In this document: piece after piece, positions 45,702 through 53,914 of the stretch
Layout of the letters: every line of letters begins with the position of its first letter
Position numbering within the stretch: the stretch's first letter is position 1
Source: an uncultured virus (IMG/VR IMGVR_UViG_3300022602_000059)
Taxonomy: Duplodnaviria > Heunggongvirae > Uroviricota > Caudoviricetes
Strand: one strand, 5' to 3'
Length of the DNA stretch: 64,000 bases
IMG/VR virus record: IMGVR_UViG_3300022602_000059
The notes under the pieces: generated by a model
Database searches by the model: none
What the model saw: only the letters and a program-made list of their open reading frames with translations
What the model was told of the DNA's origin: nothing
Translations under genes and position numbers: made by a program

Positions 45702-45854
45702 TGTCCTCTGTATCTATTGGAACGGCTTATCCAGTTCCTGCGTTCTCTAAACGACATCTCTCGAATGTCGCTAAGCGTCCATCCAGGAAATGTTCTTGTT
45801 AACCATTCGTACTGGTCTAACAATGCTTCGTAATCTATTTCCCTATAGTCGAAA
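45698..45854 (-). CDS. tail assembly chaperone C-terminal extension, probably reached by +1 frameshift
   Basis: GWTLSDIREMSFRER pattern; no good start of its own; overlaps end of upstream ORF in the +1 frame. Confidence 0.6.
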
Positions 45855-46640
45855 CAAAGCAGCCAGGCTGAGTGGAATCTGAACTTCTGTTCCACATGCC
45901 TCGCAGGCCTTTGTCACCTCCATGAGGCGTGGTCCTGGATTACGGTCCATAATTTCTAAGATAAGAGCGTCGCGGTCTGCTATGCCAAGTTCTAGTACAG
46001 TGTTAGGTCGTGTAGGTTGTCCGTTTACTGATAAGACACAACCTGAAAGAATCAAGGTGTTCAGCTCAGCTGTAGTCTTGTCGTTAGCTTCCATGACTTT
46101 ACGCTGGGTAATGCCTGTAGGAAGAGCTAGGACTACTTCGCCTTTGCGAATCTTGGTTGTCCAAGTTCTGTCTTCTATAGGGTTGTCTAAGCTATTAACT
46201 TTGACGTCCTTGGTCAGGTTGACCTTAAACTTCTTCATGCCCTCGCATGTTATGCAGAAAAGCTCTAACTCAGCTTCGTTGCCAAATGTTGCCTTTCTAA
46301 TGCCCAACATGATTGCGTCCCTGTCTCCTGATAAAAGACGGTCAAGGTCATCCTTTGTAGGGCGCTCGCCGTCAATATCAACAAGTCCTCGGCTAAGAAT
46401 CGTTAGAAGTGCTTTGGAGGTTGAACCCGCCTTAGCAATAGCTTCTTCATCCATGCCGTTTAGTTCTCGTACTTCTACGGTCTTAACTACGGTGCCATCA
46501 TTTCTAATAAACCCACCTGGCAGATAAACCTTGGTGTCCGCAGGAGCCTCGGTAGTAATCTCTACCTGAGGCTCTGCAGACGTAAGTGATATCTGTTCAG
46601 CTAGTTTATTGATTGTGGCTGCATCGGTAATCTGTGTCAC
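45843..46640 (-). CDS. tail/baseplate assembly chaperone (T4 gp26-like)
   Basis: VRELNG.DEE, L..GDR..I...IR..TFG, two CxxC; between tube and tape measure genes. Confidence 0.75.
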   Translation of the reverse strand: MTQITDAATINKLAEQISLTSAEPQVEITTEAPADTKVYLPGGFIRNDGTVVKTVEVRELNGMDEEAIAKAGSTSKALLTILSRGLVDIDGERPTKDDLDRLLSGDRDAIMLGIRKATFGNEAELELFCITCEGMKKFKVNLTKDVKVNSLDNPIEDRTWTTKIRKGEVVLALPTGITQRKVMEANDKTTAELNTLILSGCVLSVNGQPTRPNTVLELGIADRDALILEIMDRNPGPRLMEVTKACEACGTEVQIPLSLAALFRL

Positions 46641-46662
46641 GAATTGTTCTCCTTGTTAGTTA

Positions 46663-47319
46663 TTAGCTGACGTAGCTACCTGGGGCTATTCCTGTTGAAC
46701 CTGTGTATGGTGTTCCATCTGAATTAACAAACTCAACCGACAAACCTTCATGTACAAGGCTAATGCCTTCGAACAAGATGTTGTTGTCATTACCGCTGAG
46801 GTCGCTGTAATTTAGAGATGTAATCCATGCGTTGTGAACACGGAACAACATACGGGGTGTGTTTGAGCCCGTGGTTCCTGCTACTGGAGCAGATGTGGTT
46901 GATGGATGGTCGTTAACCCAGATGTTTAGGTCAAGACGATAGTCGTTCTTGCCTGCACCAATTTCTACTCCATCACCAGATGAGGCTGCAAAAAGTGCAC
47001 GCATCCATGTAATGGCTTGGTCCTGTCCATACACAACTCCACGGCTCAACACGATTGGCTGGAACGATGTCATTCCAGGAATGTTGTGCATAGTTGTGTT
47101 GTATCCACCTTCACGGTATTGGATAGGCTGTGTGTTGATGGAAAGACCAGACACGCTGGTAAATCCTCCACTGAATCCTGTTGAGCCAGAAATCGTAGCT
47201 GGGTTAAAGTACGTGTTTCCGCTTGAAGGGTTCAAGAAGTCAACTTGGAATCGAAAGTTACGTAATGGGTCAGTTTGGTAAGAGCCCCACCGCGAAACAT
47301 CGTTTAATGAGTTTGCCAT
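46663..47319 (-). CDS. tail tube protein (T4 gp19-like)
   Basis: DPLRNFRF, GF..VSGL, YREGG, PG...F..I.L.RG, NAW, L.HEG. Confidence 0.92.
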   Translation of the reverse strand: MANSLNDVSRWGSYQTDPLRNFRFQVDFLNPSSGNTYFNPATISGSTGFSGGFTSVSGLSINTQPIQYREGGYNTTMHNIPGMTSFQPIVLSRGVVYGQDQAITWMRALFAASSGDGVEIGAGKNDYRLDLNIWVNDHPSTTSAPVAGTTGSNTPRMLFRVHNAWITSLNYSDLSGNDNNILFEGISLVHEGLSVEFVNSDGTPYTGSTGIAPGSYVS

Positions 47320-47333
47320 GTTTTTCTATCTCC

Positions 47334-48842
47334 TTATGCTGTGGTGACTGTTACGCCGCCGTCAAATTGGGCGATGCGAATGACGACGAACTCTGCTGGA
47401 CGTTGCAACGCAACACCAACGTCGATATGAACTTCTCCGTTGGCAATTGTTGTTGGGGTGTTGTTGGAGCTGTCGCAGATGATGTAGAACGCCTGAGTGG
47501 TTGATGTACCACGAAGGCCTCCCTGACGCCAGTAGTCTGTGAGGAAGTTTCCAACAGTAGCTTGCAGCTGGCGCCATAGACGGGCGTCGTTTGGCTCAAA
47601 TACTGCAAACTGTGTAAGATTGTTTAGACTCTTCTCCAAATAAATAAGAGAACGACGAACAGGCACATAGCGTGAGTCATAGGTCTGCTGCAGGGTACGT
47701 GCACCCATGATTACAATGCCAGAGCCTGAGATGTAACGGATTGCGTTAACAGGTGCAATAGCGCTGTTCATCAAATCCAAGTTAGCATTGGTGATAGGTG
47801 CTACTGAAATAGCCCCACCAATACGAGTCTTGATACCTGCTGGGGCCTTGAAAGGTCCAACTACCTTATCGGTAACAAGATACTGAGCAACGATTGCTCC
47901 ACCAGGGTTGATGGTACGAGTAACTCCTGGAGAAGTTGTTGTCGGGTCAGCGATTACGATTTGTGGGTAGTAGACAGCACCAAAAGAGCTAGCCGTGTAT
48001 GCAGCGGAGCGAGTAAGCTGGTTAGCTACTGTGTCAGCAATTGGGTCAATTACTACAAAGACGTCATTACGCCCAGCTGCGTAGGTCAAAAGAGCGTTGA
48101 CGTAGGTAGCTTCTGTAACTCCTGGAGCGTTAAGAACCAAAGAGTTGGTGACGGTGTCAAAGCTAGAAATAGCCGCTGCAACGTCAGAGTGGGTTTGTCC
48201 GCCAGTAGCGTCAGCGCCGCTTGAAAGTGGTTGCCCTGTAACTGAAGCTGGAACGTTTGTTGGCGCTGTAGCTGAGTCATTTAAATCAGCCAAAGTGATG
48301 TAGATAGAGCCACTATTTACAATGTTGATTGCGTAACGTCCGTTGGTCTTGACCATTGATAGGTCAGCCCAAGTTTCAACAATAACGCCGTTGAGGTAAA
48401 CAACGATGTTAAAAGTTGTAGCGGTAGCAGAGGTCTTTACAATATCAAAGGATATTGAGTTGCCCCATGCGCCTGAGTTAGCAGCGCTAACTGTCAAGGT
48501 ACCTGTAGAACCAGCGGTTCCGCCAGCACCCGAACTGTCATAGACAGTAGCAGTTGCTGTTGCTCCGCCAGTACCTGCTACGCGCTGAATAACACAAGTT
48601 CCGCCGTTGTTGTCAACGAGGAATGAGCGCACTGCAAAGCGCAAGGTATCTGTGGTGTCGCCAGCCCAGTTTCCGTAATAGTTTACAAAATCTGACCAGC
48701 GGCTAATTAATGTAGGTGTGAGCGGCCCACGGTTGATGGCGCCAATAAAAGCACCATAAGTTGTGGAGGTGGCTCCAGCTGAAGGTGGAACTGCGTTCAG
48801 GGTTTCCTGAACATAGACACCTGGCCGTAGGTATGTTGCCAT
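47334..48842 (-). CDS. contractile tail sheath protein
   Basis: PGVYVQE, RGP, KAPAG, GART, YVPVRR, VFEPND..LW, PAEFV. Confidence 0.95.
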   Translation of the reverse strand: MATYLRPGVYVQETLNAVPPSAGATSTTYGAFIGAINRGPLTPTLISRWSDFVNYYGNWAGDTTDTLRFAVRSFLVDNNGGTCVIQRVAGTGGATATATVYDSSGAGGTAGSTGTLTVSAANSGAWGNSISFDIVKTSATATTFNIVVYLNGVIVETWADLSMVKTNGRYAINIVNSGSIYITLADLNDSATAPTNVPASVTGQPLSSGADATGGQTHSDVAAAISSFDTVTNSLVLNAPGVTEATYVNALLTYAAGRNDVFVVIDPIADTVANQLTRSAAYTASSFGAVYYPQIVIADPTTTSPGVTRTINPGGAIVAQYLVTDKVVGPFKAPAGIKTRIGGAISVAPITNANLDLMNSAIAPVNAIRYISGSGIVIMGARTLQQTYDSRYVPVRRSLIYLEKSLNNLTQFAVFEPNDARLWRQLQATVGNFLTDYWRQGGLRGTSTTQAFYIICDSSNNTPTTIANGEVHIDVGVALQRPAEFVVIRIAQFDGGVTVTTA

Positions 48843-48878
48843 TGTTATCTCCTTAGTTGGTTATTCGGTTGGGGCCGT

Positions 48879-49508
48879 TTATTGCAGCGGTGTGTAGGAC
48901 GAAGGGATGCTCGAGGTGTTTGTCGTAATGTCCACCGTCTGTACTTCGTACAGGGCGTTGCTTGCGGCTTCCTGAGTAAGCTCAGTAAGTACGCGAACAG
49001 TTATTGTGTTTCTAAATAAGCGACGGTCATCTTCAACAGTGTCGCGCTTTACGAAGCCTTCCACAAACATGTGTCGCCACTCGTAGGTAGTGTTGCTACT
49101 GTCTGTGCCGTAATCATTTGGCAAGGGCAAGTGACCATACTTTCCTGGAGTGAGGTACTTCATAAAAGCATTCAGGATAGCGCGGTCGTGACGTGGGTTA
49201 CGCGCATAGGTAGTGATTTGATAGTAAAGGTCATACGCCACTGGATACTCATATGTATATATGGTTCCGTCGGTAGGAGCAATAGTTCCACCAAAATCCG
49301 CGTCATAGATAAGGCCAGATGCTTGGCGCTCGCTGGATTGGCGGATATCCACTAAGTCAAGGATGATATATGGATACGACTGACTACGGATTTCTACGTC
49401 AGGCAGGGTGTACCAAACCTGAACTGGGCGCATAGAGCTCTTGCCGTCAGAGACCTTGATGCCTGAGCACCAAGATTTTAGAGCAGCGTCTTCACGGAGG
49501 ATAAACAT
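48879..49508 (-). CDS. tail terminator/completion protein
   Basis: position upstream of sheath; YP.I...P...DL.YQI. Confidence 0.6.
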   Translation of the reverse strand: MFILREDAALKSWCSGIKVSDGKSSMRPVQVWYTLPDVEIRSQSYPYIILDLVDIRQSSERQASGLIYDADFGGTIAPTDGTIYTYEYPVAYDLYYQITTYARNPRHDRAILNAFMKYLTPGKYGHLPLPNDYGTDSSNTTYEWRHMFVEGFVKRDTVEDDRRLFRNTITVRVLTELTQEAASNALYEVQTVDITTNTSSIPSSYTPLQ

Positions 49509-49828
49509 TAGAAGACCCCGCTTCCAAACAAGGAGTCGCTGTACGCATCATTGAGTGCATCAGTCAGGACATCATTGAGGATGGGGGCAAAGTTAAACAT
49601 GGCACGCATAGGTGGGCGGGTACCGTCTCCGTACTCAAGGTTATCGACTTGAGTTTGGGCTGAAGGCTGGATGTCATATTCCGCGCCATCAGCAGTAATC
49701 TTGATGCTGACTGCGTTGGCGGCAGACGAAGGCCAACCTAGCTTTACAGCAAATTGGCGAAAGGAAGCAGTGAGGGTACTTACAGCCCGCTCGGTTACTT
49801 CAGTTGGAATCTCGTCGAAGCTGGTCAC
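49508..49828 (-). CDS. neck/tail completion protein
   Basis: LEYG...PP motif; position. Confidence 0.55.
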   Translation of the reverse strand: MTSFDEIPTEVTERAVSTLTASFRQFAVKLGWPSSAANAVSIKITADGAEYDIQPSAQTQVDNLEYGDGTRPPMRAMFNFAPILNDVLTDALNDAYSDSLFGSGVF

Positions 49829-49959
49829 TTACGCTTCTTCCCCAGCAATACAGCCGCTGTGACCATTAAAAAGTTATTACGATTATCCCGTGCGCTTGGC
49901 AGGTTTTGAAAGATGCTGTTCTCAAAGTCATCTTTGTCAGCTGACGATATGTTAGCCAT
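49825..49959 (-). CDS. 44-aa hypothetical protein (not in ORF track)
   Basis: AGGAG SD; MANISSADKDDFE...KKRK; GTGA coupling. Confidence 0.6.
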   Translation of the reverse strand: MANISSADKDDFENSIFQNLPSARDNRNNFLMVTAAVLLGKKRK

Positions 49960-50040
49960 CGTAACTCCTAATGGACGCAGGGGGTGTTTCGCAGGGGTAA
50001 AGCTGTGGCTCCCGCACGGGAACTACTTTAAGGATAAATG

Positions 50041-50062
50041 ACAAAGCCCCCTTTCGGGGGCT
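50041..50062 (-). terminator. intrinsic terminator
   Basis: agccccc-gaaa-gggggct followed by ttgt on the minus strand. Confidence 0.75.
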
Positions 50063-50067
50063 AAGCC

Positions 50068-50256
50068 TTACTTAGACTTCTTAACCTTCTTGGCTAACGC
50101 CTTGTCCATTTTGGCGTCTTCATTAGCAGATGGCTTCTTAGCATCCATCTTCTTGTCAGCCTTTTCAAAAGCTGCCTTTTGCTTGGGGGTCATGCCCTTC
50201 ATGAACTTCTTATCCGCTTTTGCGTCTTCTTTAGCGGTAAGTCGCTTAGCCGCCAT
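50068..50256 (-). CDS. Lys/Ala-rich basic small protein
   Basis: MAAKRLTAKEDAKADKK... Confidence 0.7.
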   Translation of the reverse strand: MAAKRLTAKEDAKADKKFMKGMTPKQKAAFEKADKKMDAKKPSANEDAKMDKALAKKVKKSK

Positions 50257-50391
50257 TTACTTCTTCTTACCCATTTTCTTCATAGCCATCTTAGGCATAG
50301 CTGACTTCTTAGCATCTGCCTTCTTGGACTTTGGGCCCTTGCCGTAGCCAGCTTCGCCCTTTTTCTTACCGCAACCACATGCCATGCACAT
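50257..50391 (-). CDS. 44-aa Lys-rich microprotein with MCxxCGC start (not in ORF track)
   Basis: MCMACGCGKKKGEAGYGKGPKSKK...MGKKK; TAATG coupling, AAGGA SD. Confidence 0.7.
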   Translation of the reverse strand: MCMACGCGKKKGEAGYGKGPKSKKADAKKSAMPKMAMKKMGKKK

Positions 50392-50558
50392 TATTTGTCC
50401 TTCTTTCCTTTAGCGGCCAATTTGGCCATTTTCTTGACGCCATACTTCTTATCGCCAGCCGCAGCAGCTACAGCCGCTGGATTCTTGGCGCCAGACTTTT
50501 TGGCCTTTTCTTCTATTGCTTTGAAACGGGCTCCTGAGCCCAGCTTTGCTTTTGCCAT
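50391..50558 (-). CDS. 55-aa Lys/Ala-rich microprotein (not in ORF track)
   Basis: MAKAKLGSGARFKAIEEKAKKSGAKNPAAV...KKYG..KM; GGGAG SD. Confidence 0.75.
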   Translation of the reverse strand: MAKAKLGSGARFKAIEEKAKKSGAKNPAAVAAAAGDKKYGVKKMAKLAAKGKKDK

Positions 50559-50568
50559 TTTCTACTCC

Positions 50569-50658
50569 CTAGGGGTTCTTAACAGTGATTGTAGACTTTT
50601 TTGTTGAAGTTGAGGAGAGTGAAATACGCACTCCTTTTTTGGTTATTCGAATACTCAT
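50569..50658 (-). CDS. 29-aa basic microprotein (not in ORF track)
   Basis: MSIRITKKGVRISLSSTSTKKSTITVKNP; ATGA coupling. Confidence 0.45.
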   Translation of the reverse strand: MSIRITKKGVRISLSSTSTKKSTITVKNP

Positions 50659-50963
50659 GCAGAGGTAACCATCAGCACTGCAACCTTAGGGCTGCCAGAC
50701 GCAGCAATTGCGTAGACTACCTCCTCAGGTCCAAGGCTGTCTAGGGTTACTGAAGCACCAGCAACAAGCTGGACCCCATATGAAGTTGAACTAACGTTAG
50801 AAGCTCCAAGGTATACGGTAATAGTTCCGTCTGTATTCTGAATAGAAACGGTTCCATACTGCCACTTGTTACGTGGTTCAATAGATGTAGTTACAACTGC
50901 ATCAGTGTTAAGAGCTGTTGCTGTTGAGCTGTTAAGCGTAACAACGGAATGGGTTAATGCCAT
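50655..50963 (-). CDS. beta-rich structural protein
   Basis: IQN...VYLG...VSS..YG..L..G.S pattern. Confidence 0.7.
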   Translation of the reverse strand: MALTHSVVTLNSSTATALNTDAVVTTSIEPRNKWQYGTVSIQNTDGTITVYLGASNVSSTSYGVQLVAGASVTLDSLGPEEVVYAIAASGSPKVAVLMVTSA

Positions 50964-51112
50964 TACTTGCCTCTGGCTTTCTTGTTGGTGGTTTTCTTAC
51001 TAACTCTTTTAGGGAGCACTTCTCGGTTAGGAGTATGTTCTTCCCACTGCTTGGCCATCTGAGGGTGTGTTGCCCACATCCATTTTTCTTGCTGTTTGGA
51101 CTTAAAGGGCAT
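50963..51112 (-). CDS. 49-aa basic microprotein, MPFKS-type (not in ORF track)
   Basis: MPFKSKQQEKWMWATHPQMAKQWEEHTP...LP; coupled at both ends. Confidence 0.75.
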   Translation of the reverse strand: MPFKSKQQEKWMWATHPQMAKQWEEHTPNREVLPKRVSKKTTNKKARGK

Positions 51113-51651
51113 CAGCTCAGCTCCTCAAAAGTATCAGGGACAGGGCTGGCGTACTGTGCAAACTGGCTGTCGTTGACCATTTCTTCTGGCATGACCTGCA
51201 AGCATTCGACAAAGAGGAGGGTGTAGCGGTCAGCAATAATGGCTCGAGGCTGCACCTTGTGTGGGCGATAGACAACGTTCTTCCAGACAAGGCGGCTACG
51301 GTCTTGCAGCTCTGGGTTATTAAAAACGTCTGGGTAAATCTTTTCAGTGTCTTCGGCATCCAAGAGGAAGTGAACACTCTCGGCATTGTAGAAGCCTCGT
51401 GGGTCTTCGTTAACTGTGCCTTGGACAACAAGCGCCTTGATGACTGGAAGCGTAAAGGGGCCCTTCCACATACGACCACCGTCGATAGAACCGACATCGT
51501 AGATAGGGTCAATTTGAGTAGCCTCGCGGTCAAAGACCCACCACTGGACGGTTGTTCCCGTCACCTTAGTCATGTCTGACTCAATGCCGTCTAGAAGGGC
51601 ATCAGTCTCAAAGTTGATGTCAAAGCGGCCGCCAGGGTTTACTCCACGCAT
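51112..51651 (-). CDS. head-tail connector/neck protein
   Basis: position; IDPIYD, DR..W...Y; start moved to ATG 51651 (TACCCT-N6-ATG). Confidence 0.6.
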   Translation of the reverse strand: MRGVNPGGRFDINFETDALLDGIESDMTKVTGTTVQWWVFDREATQIDPIYDVGSIDGGRMWKGPFTLPVIKALVVQGTVNEDPRGFYNAESVHFLLDAEDTEKIYPDVFNNPELQDRSRLVWKNVVYRPHKVQPRAIIADRYTLLFVECLQVMPEEMVNDSQFAQYASPVPDTFEELS

Positions 51652-51691
51652 CCTTATAGGGTACGGCATTTGAACCTGCTACACTGTGCTT

Positions 51692-52699
51692 ATGAATTTG
51701 GTGCAAAAGTCGGTATACCACGGGGGCAAGCTAGCTCCGCTTGTTATCTCAAAGGGCCTGACTTCGGGCACAGGTTTAATGAATCCCTCCATCTTTATAG
51801 ATGAAGACGGGGACATCATGTGCGTACTTCGCCACGTTAACTACACCCTCTACCACTCTGAGAACACCCAACAATTCCCTAGTCGCTGGGGACCGCTCTC
51901 TTACCTGCACCCTGAGAAAGACCAGCGCTTAGCTACAACTAATTACTTATGCCGATTAAACGAACACTTGGTGATGACTGACCACACTCTCATCGACACA
52001 AGCCTCTTGGATGTTCCACCTGTCTGGGAGTTTACGGGCGAGGAGGATTGCCGCCTTGTTCAGTGGGAGGGTCACTACTACGTCATCGGAGTTCGTAGAG
52101 ACACCACAACTCATGGCGAAGGTCGCATGGAGTTATCGGAAGTAGAGCTGGATAAATCTACGTGGACAGCTAAAGAGATTTCCCGACTTCGTATACCAGC
52201 TCCAGGTGACAACAACTCGTACTGCGAGAAGAACTGGATGCCTATTCTTGACAAGCCTTATCACTTTATTAAGTGGACATCTCCCACCGAGGTAGTTAGG
52301 ACTTACCCAGACTTGCCTCCACGCTGTGACCAGATTGTTGTGGCTCAGGGAATCCAACCGCCAGCAGACCAGAGAGGTGGTTCTCAGATTGTTCGCTGGG
52401 GCAACATGTACATTGGCGTTGTCCATGAGGTCAACTTGTTTAAGAACTACCTGCAGCAAAAGGATGGCATCTATCGCCACCGCCTATGCGTGTGGGATGA
52501 CCAGTTCAACTTAGTAGGACTCAGCCCTGAGGCTTTCTCATTCTTAGATGCCCGTATTGAGTTTGCTGCTGGAGCCGCCGTACATAATGGCGACCTGCTT
52601 ATTAGTTTTGGATTCCAAGACAATGCCGCCTTTGTGCTTCGAACACCAAAGGCTTTGGTAGAGGACATGATTATGGAGGCACTCTCATATGGGAATTGA
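51692..52699 (+). CDS. five-bladed beta-propeller glycosidase/phosphorylase-like protein (GH130/GH43-like clan)
   Basis: NPSI, R..NY, GEEDCRL, EKNWMP, RGGS, YRH, IEFAAG, SFGFQD; start ATG 51692. Confidence 0.7.
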   Translation: MNLVQKSVYHGGKLAPLVISKGLTSGTGLMNPSIFIDEDGDIMCVLRHVNYTLYHSENTQQFPSRWGPLSYLHPEKDQRLATTNYLCRLNEHLVMTDHTLIDTSLLDVPPVWEFTGEEDCRLVQWEGHYYVIGVRRDTTTHGEGRMELSEVELDKSTWTAKEISRLRIPAPGDNNSYCEKNWMPILDKPYHFIKWTSPTEVVRTYPDLPPRCDQIVVAQGIQPPADQRGGSQIVRWGNMYIGVVHEVNLFKNYLQQKDGIYRHRLCVWDDQFNLVGLSPEAFSFLDARIEFAAGAAVHNGDLLISFGFQDNAAFVLRTPKALVEDMIMEALSYGN

Positions 52700-53249
52700 A
52701 GCGCTAGTAGTCAAGCTATCCAGCGACCCATTTAATCCTGAGCTGAACTTTGATTGTGCCAAGGAGTACGACAGCCGTGGACAAACAGCCTCGGCAGTTT
52801 CCTTTTATCTACGCACGGCAGAGTACGGTCTTGACTCCCACGTTGATTTGGTTTATGAATCTTTGCTTCGAATGTCCATTTGTTTTGAAAACCAGAACGA
52901 CCGCATCCATTCCGTTAGCAACTGTATCCTTCAAGCCATTACTGTAGACCCTTCTCGAGAAGAGGGCTACTTCCTTATGGCTCGGTTCTACGAGCGCCAA
53001 GGTAACTGGCAAGAATGCTATACCTGGGCTTCCATGGGAATGAACGTTGCGTCCCTAATATCTGATAAACCTAACTCGCTGTTGGATTACCCAGGCGTTC
53101 TTGGGCTTCAATATGAGATGGCTGTTAGCGGTTGGTGGATTGGCCGCCGTGAAGAGTCTATAGAACTCTTTGAGCTTCTACTGATGAGACCTTTGCCTGA
53201 TAACTACAGGTCCTCTATTGAAGATAACCTAAAAAGGATTAAAGGATGA
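52689..53249 (+). CDS. TPR-like helical repeat protein
   Basis: A...P.R.EGY..A..Y...W helical repeats. Confidence 0.7.
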   Translation: MGIEALVVKLSSDPFNPELNFDCAKEYDSRGQTASAVSFYLRTAEYGLDSHVDLVYESLLRMSICFENQNDRIHSVSNCILQAITVDPSREEGYFLMARFYERQGNWQECYTWASMGMNVASLISDKPNSLLDYPGVLGLQYEMAVSGWWIGRREESIELFELLLMRPLPDNYRSSIEDNLKRIKG

Positions 53250-53914
53250 TTCTATTTGATATAGGAGCTAACCGCGGGGATGCCGTCGTAGCTGGTCTTG
53301 AAAAGGGCTATAAGGTTATTGCCGTAGAAGCAGCGCCCAGAGTGTTTAAGCAGTTGGTCTGTAACTTTATCTATAACCCCAACGTAGTGCCGTTGCGCTT
53401 TGCTGTTTCTGATACAGCTGACCAAGTGATTGAGTTCTACGAAGCAGAAGAAGATGGCCTATCTACAATGAATAAAGATTGGCTAACAGATGAGAGACTG
53501 CCGTATGCAGGTAAGCCCTATCGCACAGTTCAAGCTAGAACTATTACGATAGATGACTTGGCGCTAGAGTACGGCAAGCCAGACCTTATTAAGATTGATG
53601 TTGAAGGTGCTGAGTGGTCGGTGTTTAAGGGCATGACTAAAAAGTACGGCACGCTTACTTTTGAATGGACAGACGCTACGTTAGACGAGCATCAGAAGCA
53701 GATAAAGTACTTAGCTGATTTGGGATATACAAAAGTTGCCCCTCAGTTCATTCTGCAGCATTTGCGGGAGCCATACGAAACACATTGGCATGACATAGCA
53801 ACATTTAACTTTGCTGAATGGCTTTTAGAGGCAGCGCCTTATTGGGAAGAAGGCGCGTGGAAAGAAGCTAGGTTACGCCCTACCGCAGATGTAGGGATGT
53901 GCTGGGTTCGTTAG
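53246..53914 (+). CDS. FkbM-family SAM methyltransferase
   Basis: FDIGANRG, AVEA, AVSD, TID, LIKIDVEGAE. Confidence 0.9.
   Translation: MILFDIGANRGDAVVAGLEKGYKVIAVEAAPRVFKQLVCNFIYNPNVVPLRFAVSDTADQVIEFYEAEEDGLSTMNKDWLTDERLPYAGKPYRTVQARTITIDDLALEYGKPDLIKIDVEGAEWSVFKGMTKKYGTLTFEWTDATLDEHQKQIKYLADLGYTKVAPQFILQHLREPYETHWHDIATFNFAEWLLEAAPYWEEGAWKEARLRPTADVGMCWVR

Noticed and set aside
35241..49508. Extracellular contractile injection system or tailocin
   Set aside because: Capsid, scaffold, portal and a full replication module are present, so this is a phage tail
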